Source: Tubiluchus corallicola (taxonomy: Eukaryota > Animalia > Priapulida). Taken from it: DNA of 64,000 nucleotides. Both the position numbers and the translations under genes were made by a program. Location of the stretch: NCBI GenBank assembly GCA_030141605.1, contig JAQGDQ010000053.1, positions 434,001 through 498,000 on the forward strand, given 5' to 3'. The stretch's first letter is position 1. Every line of letters starts with the position of its first letter. Shown here one piece after another: positions 1 through 10,837 of this stretch. The notes beneath the pieces were generated by a model. It had not been told where the DNA came from, made no database searches, and saw only the letters and a list, made by a program, of their open reading frames with translations.

Positions 1-249
1 CATAGGCCGGCTCTCGCCACCAGGCTTTCCGGAAAAATGGGAAAACTGAGTTCGGTTCAATTATATTTATTTCAACCGCCTACTGTTCTCAGGACTACTT
101 CGCCGGTATGCTCTACAAGTCTCGTAGAATTAGTTGGCGCGCCCTCAGAGAGACCATGCGAGGCTCACGCGAGAAGTGACGCAGCCTGAGCATCAGGCAC
201 AATGTCTAAAGTCTCAAACAAAGATCTATATGAAAAGTAAATGAAGAAC

Positions 250-430
250 CTTGGACAAAAAAGTAAAAAGACGCCGTTTAAGATGGATTGGGCATATGCT
301 TAGACTACTTGATGTGATACTCCAGTGAAGATAGCTCTTCAACAAGCCATAAAACGAGCTAAAAACTGCAGAAGGACAAATGTTAACAAAATAATTTAGA
401 TTTTGCACAGAAATATTTAAACACTTCAGA
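250..430 (+). mobile_element. RTE-clade LINE 3' fragment (copy 1)
   Basis: Decayed KRRRLRWIGHMLR motif typical of the RTE ORF C-terminus; closely similar to 8247-8420. Confidence 0.6.
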
Positions 431-675
431 ATTTGCGCACAAATAGCAAAACAGTTAACAGTGCCAACATCTACGTTATCTGTAAATGTTCAACTCGGGC
501 AAAAAAACATCAAAAAGGTCTTTTTACAGGTAACAGCATCCTACACATTCATTTAAATGAAATGGTATTACAGTATTCTTGTCGATGGTCTTTTATTTAT
601 AAAATGCGTTCAAAATATTCAAGTAACTGCTATCATTATTTGTCTATTTGTTGTTGTAATATCAATGTGGGTAGT

Positions 676-1760
676 TTGATTTGATTTGATTATTTATTTC
701 AAACATAAATTCATATTATAATTTACATATATACAAACAACATCATACAAACAAAAACCCAATACAAACAAATCACACACACAAACTTTGATATCCAAAA
801 AATATTCTTTTTGACACATTGTGCTCAATTATTAAAATGTCTCCAGGTAGACATGCAATACAATGTATTACACTAAGCATTAAGTAGATATCAACAGAAC
901 AATACATGAATTTTCTAATAAGTTGGTTTGTACGACAGTAGTATAAGGATCTTTGATTAACAATGTCAAGGTCATCTCGGTTATCATATGAAATAATATG
1001 TCCCAAATATTTTTCGTTATCACAGGTACGTAGAACATTATTATCTAGTTTGATGTTACCAAGCATAAAATTTCTCATGATGTTTGAATTAACAGACATA
1101 AGTTTAGTTTTAGCTATATTGATTTTTATGTCATACTGTTCAGCATAGAATTTATACACATCTAGTAGTTGCTGTAGGGCCGTAATCATTGTTGCTAACA
1201 AACAAACGTCGTTAGCATACATCAGGTGGTTCATAACCTTGTTCGAGACATTGCAACCAAGTTGGGTGGATGACAGCTTAACATTTAGATCTTTAAAATA
1301 AAAATTAAAAAGAAAAGGTGACATCTTGCCACCTTGGCGTACTCCATTTCCAATATTAAAAGTTGTAGACTGACTATGTCACCACCTGACAGACATACCT
1401 TGTTGCGTGTAATAAAATGTGAGCAAGCGGATTACAATATTCGGGATTGAAGTCCTTGTGAGTTTGAGAAAAAGCTTCAAAAAATTAACCCTATCAAATG
1501 CCTTTGACGTCGATAAAAACAATGTGAACAGAGATATCACGACTAATGTAGTAGTCAGTGATCTCCTTTAATGTGTTTATGCAAATTTTCGTGCCACGTT
1601 TTCTACATAACCAAACTGATTAGGAGTTGTTCGAATATACTGTTTGTATCTGTTAAGTAATAAAATTTCGAATATTTTGCTGGCAATAGAGGCTAGTGTA
1701 ATTGGCCTTTTTTGAAATTTAATAAAGTTCTTTATCATTATAGTTAATGATAATGGCACA
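676..1760 (-). mobile_element. Decayed non-LTR retrotransposon reverse transcriptase (RTE-X-like), with 3' end
   Basis: ORFs 773-1324 and 1577-1759 plus intervening frames give RPITLAS..SKIFE, NQFGY, GVRQGG.MSPFLFN, NHLMYAND (YADD decayed) and EKYLGH. The 3' end has AATAAA followed by (AATCA)n at about 676-700. Clade label is tentative. Confidence 0.8.
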
Positions 1761-2339
1761 ATGACCAGATATTAATCTTAATCATTTATAATATTTGTAG
1801 ACTATCTATTACCAGTTTGCCGTTTTTATGCAGGTGGCCTCAATTAGGAGTTACCGCTGCATTTTTTAATGTAGTTTCATGTGCTAATCCTGTCAGAAGT
1901 TAAACCATAACATTTGAATAAATTTATTGATATTTATTGATACATTATAAAGAGTATATTCATCAATTAAATGCAAATAATTGTTGTTACGGCTTTACTT
2001 ATTACTTATTGTAGGAGTAATAACAAATCAAAGGTTCAAATAAATGCGGTCTTTCTGAGAATGCTATTTTGACGATTTAGGATACAGGACTATATTGGTG
2101 GATTACACATTACTCAGCTTACATAAGTGGGTAGGGAAAAAACTTATATCAACGATGAAATAATCAGCTGACTTAAATCTTATCAGTGAAGGTTGAACAG
2201 GAGAAGCTACGTTATAAGCACAAAAAACTGTATCTATTCCTGAGATTGTAATGGACGAAAATGTTCAGAAGCAACATGTTAAGTTGTATCGCGTATTTTT
2301 AGGAGTCTTTCAAAGTAATTCCTGTGCTTATAGGGTTAG

Positions 2340-2510
2340 ATAAAATACATTATAATGCCAATAATGCATGCCATCACTTAAAGAAATATTTTCAATTTGT
2401 CATTAAAGTCACATCTATCTAATGCAGATATGAAAGCTTCAAACAGAGTTTGACAGAACAGTTTCTTCTGGCAGTGTATTCCACAAGGATATTGTCAACA
2501 AAATTGTCTG
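2340..2510 (-). mobile_element. CR1-like LINE 3' fragment
   Basis: Minus frame reads ISLWNTLPEETV.S.SV*SF, matching the LWNxLP C-terminal motif of CR1/L2 ORF2. Confidence 0.4.
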
Positions 2511-2929
2511 TATTTTCCTTACCTACATTAAATTTTTACTAATAATTATGTAATGGTCCGTGATCCTAAACCTTTGGTCCTGACCTGAAACTCGAACCGC
2601 TGATGCCAACTCAAACCCTGATCCCGTCCGAAATCATGAACACATTTATACTGGCAAATTATAAAATTTTAATAATTATTTTAGAGCCCAGACATGATGC
2701 AGAAAAATGAGCAATTATTAGAGTGTTCATTTTTCTGTACAGAATATTTATATTGTTATGCAAAGCCAACAATAAAAAGTAATTTGCTATACTACATCTA
2801 CAGTTATGCAATAAATTCGTGTGTTATGCTGTTGACTCGCATGGACAAATTGATTGTTTATACATCATGCACGTGACCGTTGTTCTTCAAGTAAAGATTT
2901 CTGTAGTTAAACGACGGTTGTCTGGCCAT

Positions 2930-3090
2930 TAGGGGTGAGCATCGAACTTCGCATCGAATTCAAATGAGTTTTTTAGATTCAATTCGATTCGAACCTAAAA
3001 TTATGGATTTGAATAATTCTGCACTTCAGCCACACGCGTTCTTTATCATTAAAATGTTTAAAACAGCATGCAATTAGCACAATTTAATTT
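2930..3090 (+). mobile_element. Left-end fragment of the hAT-like MITE family at 55633-55987
   Basis: Starts TAGGGGTGAGCATCGAA with TTCGAA-rich subterminal repeats; about 100 bp further on is alignable to 55690-55760. Confidence 0.6.
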
Positions 3091-3329
3091 CTATAACTGA
3101 GTTAAGACAAACATAAACTAACTATTGCAGAGCTCTTTCGTCAGCTAAGTCAAAAACACCTGACTTTGAAAATAATGACCACTGTTTGTTGAAACCAAAC
3201 CGTCATAATGCAACCAAGTTTAATAATAATGAAAGATTGAATCAGTATTACTAAGTGAAAATACCAGTACGTGAAAATGGATTCAGAGTAAAAAAATATT
3301 AAAACTTCTAAAAGTTCAAAGCAGAGAGA

Positions 3330-4910
3330 TCCATTCATTTGTCCAGTTTGGGGAAAAGATTATACATTGGCCTGATGAATGCACAATTTATACAACAGTA
3401 ACTGTGTGACTAAAGGCAATTACATGACTCAAATAATCGCAGAGCAAAAGGTCATGATGAAGAAATACACTCATCACTTCGCCACAAACAATTCTCTGAA
3501 AATAACACACTACACGAAGAAATAAACCAAAAACAGAAACTTTACTTGTGTGTAGCAACACTGAAATCCTTTCAACAACTTTGATACAGCAAGATTTTGT
3601 CATCATACAAACAGCATTAGGCTGTGTTTCAAATTCAAAAGGTGGCAAGAAATGTGATATCAGAATCATTATTGACTCTGGAAGGCAGAGAACCTTTATC
3701 ATGGAACAGTTGGCCAAACAATTGAAATTAGAACTTGGACAAAAATTGGATTCATCGCCTTTAACATTTGGCTCTGATACTGTAACATTAATGACTTATC
3801 ACCCAGCAGAAGTTAACATCTGGGATAAACGAGGTAACCGTGTCCAAATAGATGTTTGAGTTGTATCAAAAATTACAGGATGTACACCACAAGAAAGTCT
3901 TCCTCAAAATATCTGTAATTTGCATATGTAATTTGCAGGCAACCTGTTAACTAGCAACAGACTTGGTTCACCACAGTTTCTTATTCACGGAAACCATTTT
4001 CTTTAGCTACTTACACCATAGTTGATTCACATGAATCCAGACTTATATTTTGGATGTATCCTAGGAGATAAAGTTTATACCCTCAAGACACAAACAGGTG
4101 ACCCAGCAATTAAGATATATGGCATCACTTTCACTGCAGAACTGACAAGTAGTGGGCTTAGTAGATTAGAAATCTGCTCTTGTGATACAACTATTGATAT
4201 TTCTTTGTAATAAGCAGAACAGCCTTGTGTAAAACTTAGTGGCACAGACGTGCATATTGATATCTCAAAATTTTGGGATGTAGACTGCTTGGGAATCACA
4301 GTTACTTTCATCAATGGCCTTTACTAAGTGTTTTGGCTTTGGAGGAGTGAGTCGTTTCAACTACTAACGAATTATGGTCTTGCAGTTGGAAGGTTGAAGT
4401 CTAATCTTACAAGACCACAAACCAGCTCAAATGTACTTGTTAAATACGACCAAACAATACGAGACCAACTAGAAAAGGCCATTATTGGAAGGGTCAATAC
4501 ACCTACACTAGCTTCTGAGAAACTGCATTACATTCTCCATCACGCCGTTTTGGCTCTGAACAAAGCAACTCGGTAAATGAGTGTTTATACAAAAAACCTG
4601 TAATGCTAACGGACTTGTGTGGCCATACTATTGCGGCACATCCAATAGGCATTGTAAGTGATATCGAGAAGCTTTTTAACACAGTTCTGAACTCTGATTA
4701 TCCAGATGTAACCAGATTCCTGTGTGAAGGATCATTTTGCCATATTCATGCCCAAGGCATATGCTGTATGTGTTTATGTCAAATGTGTTCAAGAGGAAAC
4801 TGGCATGAGCATAGTGTTTGCAAAATCACGAACTGCCTCTAAAAACACACCAGTGCCCTGACTGGAGCTTCTAGGGGTGGTAATTAGAACCACATGAGCA
4901 ATGAACTTGG
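3330..4910 (+). mobile_element. Heavily deleted BEL/Pao LTR retrotransposon gag-pol remnant
   Basis: Protease IIIDSGRQRTFI (3548-3859); LTNYGLAVGRLKS and YILHHAV (4328-4576); RT IVSDIEK..DVTRFL (4603-4720); RNase H-region P*LELLG near 4860. Many stops; no LTR pair identified. Confidence 0.75.
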
Positions 4911-5120
4911 AGTTGATTATAAAATCATGTGGAACAAACGGAGATGCATTTACGACATTGCTCCTCTTTTTTCTTGTCAGTGAACCAAAAAAAAACACAC
5001 AAAACGACACATCAGAGCTGTCATCCTAAGCAGCCGACATTACTTCCACCTCTATAACAACTAACTAACTAGGTGAAAATCAAGTTACAGAATTCAGGTG
5101 AGTAGCCAACCTGGCGCATA

Positions 5121-5293
5121 AATTAGAACTGCAGGCGGGTCATAACATCTTATATATCATGTGTAGACATGACTTACATTTAACCTATTTTTTAAAGATC
5201 CAGATGGCTTAATTAGAAATGGTAGGCGGGTCATAACACCTTATATATCATGTGCAAACGTCACTTATATTTAGCTTAATATTTTAAGATTCA
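5121..5293. repeat. Tandem duplication of an approximately 90-bp unit
   Basis: AATTAGAA..AGGCGGGTCATAACA.CTTATATATCATGTG..ACTTA.ATTTA occurs at about 5121 and again at about 5211. Confidence 0.75.
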
Positions 5294-5939
5294 GTTAGGT
5301 TTACATCAAAATAAATGTTCAGTAAATACAATTTGCTTACGTGTAAAAAATGTACTTGTATAAGCGTAGTAATAAAACATCTGTGGCTAATCCACAGACA
5401 AGTCTTGATAAATAATTTATGTATTGATGGGCTTAAATTAATTGATTTTATAGGCCTAGGTGCTAGAGGCAATCAATTTATATTATTAAATATACAGGCT
5501 CAGCTTCAGAGAATCTCTGTATGTAATTATGCATACATGTATCTGAGTGTGTGTGCATCGGTGTATCAAGATGTTACGACGCCTTAGGCTGGCAGTTCAG
5601 TCCTACTCATTTCTACTACTGTATTGATTATTTATAAATGAAGCACTGTATGCAATTCCTTGTTGTGTGTGTGCGTGCATGCGTGTGCGCATTATTTATA
5701 TACAAACCTACAATATAATATATGTGTAATTACGCTGATTAATTGCAGGGCACGTAAATTGGGTGCAATTTAATGTGCCAAATCCGCCACCTTGCATTGG
5801 AGTAAAACGACCAAGAAACAAATGGCGGAACTTTCAACAAAAGGTAAAGAAGGATCTCTCTTTGTGTGTGTCTGTCTCTCTCCCTCCCCCTCTCTCTTTC
5901 TCTCCCCTTCCCTCTCTCTGTCTCTCTCTGCCCACATGC

Positions 5940-6561
5940 AGCAGTTTACTTTTGGGTCTGTTGTTTTGCAGTATAAAAGTTTTGTACCAAGTAAAAAGGA
6001 AAAATATCTGGGACATATTTTATCAGATGACAATAGAGATGATTTAGATATATTACGACAATGTTCAATTTACTATGGTAGAGCAAAAAAATTACTCATG
6101 AAATTTACTCACTGTTCAGTTAGCGTGAAGAGACAATTGTTTAATGCTTACTGCACTACTTTTTATTATATGTCCACTTGGAGACATTTTTATTCTTACA
6201 ATCTCAGCAAACTCAAGGTTGCATATAATGTATCAACACGGAAGCTGTTTAACTTTTCATATGATACCAGCGCAAGATATATTTCTACTAGACTTAATAT
6301 TATTTATTTTGATGTCATTCACGGAAAATGTGCATACAGTTTATATGTCAGGCTGAATAACAGTGAAAATTTTATATGCAAAAACATTTTAAACAGTGAT
6401 GTAAAATTTTCTTCGGTAATTAGATGTCATTGGCGTAGTTTGTTATATAGTTAATTGTTATTTGTGTTATTGTTGTGTTTCATGATTTATTGTATTATTT
6501 GTATTAATTTGTAATGTGTTTATGAACTTTGCGAAGTTTGAAATAAGGTATTAAAAATAAA
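5940..6561 (+). mobile_element. 5'-truncated LINE 3' end, same family as 676-1760
   Basis: EKYLGHILSDDNRDDLDILRQ..YY.R parallels EKYLGHIISYDNRDDLDIVNQR..YY.R in the first copy. Stop at 6454, then a similar 3' UTR (TATGAA.TT..GTTTGAAATAA). Confidence 0.75.
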
Positions 6562-7133
6562 TCTCTTTCTATTTCTCTTTCCCACCATCTGTTTCTCTCT
6601 AAGAGAGGGAGGGAGAGAAAAAACAATGAATCATTAAAAAAGGCATTACTTTTTTTACATAGTAGGCGCCCATCACGCAATCAGCTAGCCTCTTTCCTTA
6701 GGAAGAACTGTAAAATTTTACTTACAAGAAAACTGAAGAAGTATTTACAAGTACATAGTACAAACTTGTTGCTACAATTGTTCTTCGTTTTCATGAAATG
6801 TTCTTAGTTTTTTAAACCAATAATTGTTTTTATTTGAGATATTCTTCTTTTTTAGAAACGCAAAAGTGATTATGGCTTATCAAAATTGCGCGTATACCTC
6901 AAAAGTTTTTAATCATCCGCCGTCTGATGCCGCCAGCATAGTCGCTAATCGCAAAAACAAAAATATGTTACAATGAAACTCGGCAGTTGCTTTTCCTAAA
7001 CTTTGGCCCGGGGGCGCTAAAGAGCGCTGCATATTGCCGAAGAAGCGAAACAAGCTAAACTACTTTTTAGATAAACATATTAGACCTTACTTGCCTATTC
7101 TTTGTAAGTAAAGAGCTTGACCAAGGTCCCCAT

Positions 7134-8066
7134 TGTTGGGAGCCGTTTGGACCACTGCGCCAAGCAGACCAATTGGTCTACTTGGGCTAGCCCAAGTAGA
7201 CCGCGGACAGGTCGTAGGACACTAGAGACAGGTCGTGAATTCAGTCGTTAAGTGTACTGACACCGTCCGTTGTGCTTCTTTATGTAATAATAATAATTAA
7301 AAACGTTAATACACGTTGAATAATTTATTATACATCTAATAAAATAAAAGAATTTTATTCTGAGCTGGTAGAACGGACAATATTAAATTTGGTTTCGATA
7401 TTAATGTTGTTGAAGTGAAAAAACCCCACTTTTTTGCGAATTCAACATTTGTTTAAGGTATATCTTTTTTGATTTTGTCTCACTTCACAAACAGGTGATC
7501 CGTTTCACTACCTCTTGGGCAAATAATTGTTTTCTTATAAGTAAACCTTCTAGCGATCTATGTGTCCTACATGGGCTAGCGAGCCATGTAGGACAGTGCC
7601 CTACATGTTACAATACTACTGATAATATTAAAACTAATTATCCTTGCTTTTCTTAAATGTTAAAAATTACTTTTTGGTGTTGTGAAGGCTTAGCAGCATC
7701 TGTCTCATTTTTAAATTTGCAATTATTTCTGTAATAACTGTGTGCAGAATTTCTCTCTTTAAAGCATTAGATACTAGGTTTAATGTTATGATATATTAAT
7801 GGAGTTAATCATAATGATGAAATTATTGTAAGAAATGCATTTGTAAATTGCCAAGGAATATCCATTTCTAAAAGAAATTTTGTTTTATGCTTTATTATGT
7901 CATAACAATACTTATAAACAATGGTAATATAAACTGGAAACAAGTTTTGCCAGAGCAAGTTTCTCGACAAAAATCGCTAGTGTCCTACTTGGGCTGCCCA
8001 TGTAGGACACTACTTTTAGCGCATCAAGTGGTCTACTTGGCGCAGTGGTCCAAACGGCTCCCAACA
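7134..8066. mobile_element. Non-autonomous TIR element (MITE) with TGT..ACA ends, Ginger-like
   Basis: 31-bp perfect TIR TGTTGGGAGCCGTTTGGACCACTGCGCCAAG, extending to about 38 bp with one mismatch; 5-bp TSD CCCAT at 7129-7133 and 8067-8071; three internal palindromes. Confidence 0.85.
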
Positions 8067-8246
8067 CCCATTTCTCTTCCCAGCCTTAATCAGCCTATTA
8101 AAAGTTTAAATTATTTTCATTCAGTTTCGTTTTTGTGAACTCGTGTGGGCTGTGCAGCTCTCGCATGATTTGGTATGAGGTTTTGGCCCCTAAGCTACCA
8201 ACTGCCTAACTATGATAAATAATTATTGCAAAATTTGTCATATCAT

Positions 8247-8540
8247 TTGGACAAGAAAACAAAAAGACGCCGTTTAAGATGTTTGGGTATATATGCTTAG
8301 ACTACCTGGTGATATTCTAGTGAAGATAGCTCTTCAACAAGCCATAGAACCAGCTAAAAAACCTGCGGAGGACAAATTTTAACATATTTAGATTTTGCAC
8401 AGAAAGATTTAAACACTTCAGCATTGATCCTTAGAAATAAATGCACTTGGGGCATTGCAGCAAGCAGGGAGTCCTGGCATAGAGCGGTGAGCAGAATCAT
8501 GTCCCTGGACGTATGATTCATTGGATGATGATGATGATGA
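8247..8540 (+). mobile_element. RTE-clade LINE 3' end (copy 2) with (GAT)n tail
   Basis: KRRRLR.LG..LRLP..A.SRESW.RAV..* followed by (GAT)n at about 8524-8540. Confidence 0.65.
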
Positions 8541-10509
8541 AACTAACGGTGAACGACAATCTTTAGTTAAAATTCCTAGTTTTCAAACAAGAAAGTTAGA
8601 AGATTTGCATTGTCGATTTATTTATATTTATTTTACATTTCATTCTTTTTTTTCTCACTTTCATATTACATCTTCATATCTGTTCACTTTTCCTTTTCCT
8701 CTCATTAACCACCTTTTATTCTACCTTCGTGCGCCTACATTCTTCTTTCTGTTTGTGATATTGCGCCTGATCTTTACAAGTTTTCTTTTTTGAAAGCCCC
8801 AATAATCCTTTAATCAACTTTATTATTTGCATGCTTGTTTTCTTTTAATTTTGTATTTTCACTATATTTATGTATTATTTTGTCATGGCAAATGGAATAA
8901 ACTAAAACTAAACTAGGAAGACATGTTCAACAATTACAGTTAATTGAGCAAACATTTAGCTTTCAGATTTACCTTTACGAAGAGGCACCTACTGCATCAA
9001 ACAAAACCTTTACTATATAAGCTTTTACAGTGTAAAACTTGTTTTGTTTGACTTTTTATCGTTATGTTGTTCACTGTCTCAAATTTTATCAACCACATTT
9101 TTTCGTTGCACGAGACAAATGACGCAGTCTGAGCATTAGTTAATGAGGGTGTATTTCTTTACATGTGACTACAGTCTGTAGCCTTCAGTTACCTTTCAGT
9201 TTCATGGCTCTAAACCCTAACTTACTGATGCCGTACGTACGTACCATGTCCTTGCTCAAAAATATGATTGTTGTTGTGTATTTTATGGCATCAGCTTTAT
9301 AGCCGACTTGGTTGCAATAGCCTAAAATTACGAAGAGTAAAATTGCAGAATTCATTGCCAAGTGGTGCCTTTGATGGTAGCATATTCTGCTTCTAAAAGA
9401 TACTCCACAATCTTACTAAATAGATAGGGTACTTACTTGAAGACTAACAAACTGCTAAAATGTATCATCTCCTGATTATTGATTTCTGTGCTTATTTTTT
9501 CTCCATGAATTTCAAGTTTTAACTTTGCTCATTAATCTTATTCAAGATTTCTCGTAATAAGACCTTGTTTGTAACTACTATTTACAATATCAATTTCGTT
9601 CATTTGCTTTCCTAACGAAATTCCAAGCTCAAAAGTCACAATCTAAACACATACAGCAGATTAAGCATTTCAGCCCCACTAGTGAATTTTGATCATTCAA
9701 GCTGTCGTGTTGCTGTCGTGTTGCGCTTTTTATTTCGTGACATGATCAGCACTCTTCCTAAATGCTCATCCTCTTCAGGCGATGTGTTGGTTTGCTGTGG
9801 TTTGAAAATGAATTAACATTTATTAATTTGCTTGTGAATCAGTTAACTTCATGAGTTTGAATCACATTATTTTTAATGATTTGAAATCCTTTCACATTGC
9901 TTAATTACTCCCTTGTAGCTGTATAGGTATAGGAGGTATAGGCTCACTATTCAGTAGCCATCTATCTAGAGTAGAACCTGTTGTAATAATCATAATAATG
10001 AGCATGCATAATTGGAGAACACGTAAAAATCCACTAGTTACTTTAAGCCTTTTTTAGCTTTCTGTGTCCTAGCTGAAAAAATTATGCTAATGTGGACAAT
10101 ACTAGACATACTCTATTTTCTTGTTTAGGCAGGTGACCATTGTTGCCTCTACAATACATATATGGTGTCCGTAACATAGAAATAATTAATTTATGAAGTT
10201 CTGCAAGACTTTAAAGTTCGATTAAAACATTTAATTTTTATTTTACTTTATGAAATTACTTTACTTGATGAAATTAATAGTCCTGAAAATAAAATAGCTG
10301 ATTGCTATTAAATTGTGAAGCTTCATTATTGGAGTTCTATGGGTAATATTTTTCTACGTGTGAATTAACTGATAAGACAACATAGTTTAAAAATAATTTT
10401 TATAGGAACAATATTTACGTATTTATTTTGATTTGTGATCAATCGATATAGGTGAACAGCAAAGTTGATCGGCTAAGTACCCAAAATTGTTGATCAGCTC
10501 ATCGCTATG

Positions 10510-10540
<31 letters not shown>

Positions 10541-10837
10541 TAAACATGATTAAAGTACATATGCTTGTTCAGTGGCTCATCTTAGACTTTAGATGGTTAT
10601 CCTTGTTAATAAACCAGGTTCTAGTCTTGCCCAAACATCAATGTCAAAAAGGCTGGATTCCATCTTGCAGTGTACCAAACTGCATCAAAAGAAATCAATA
10701 ATGAAAAATAACTTAGAGAGCTCTATTAAATACCTCGTACAATGAACATGCATTTATTTTTTTTGTAGGCTACTCAGCTGTGAAAAGTATTTAAGAGCTA
10801 CATCACTGCTGTCTATCATTTTAAACATTTGTAATTG

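Noticed and set aside
108-179. Arg-rich ORF MLYKSRRISWRALRETMRGSREK as the missing FH presequence exon
   Set aside because: It ends in TGA, has no good phase-0 donor, and lies 11 kb away across many transposons.
5792-6454. 220-aa ORF as a novel gene
   Set aside because: Chance fusion of a CT microsatellite frame with a LINE ORF2 3' fragment.
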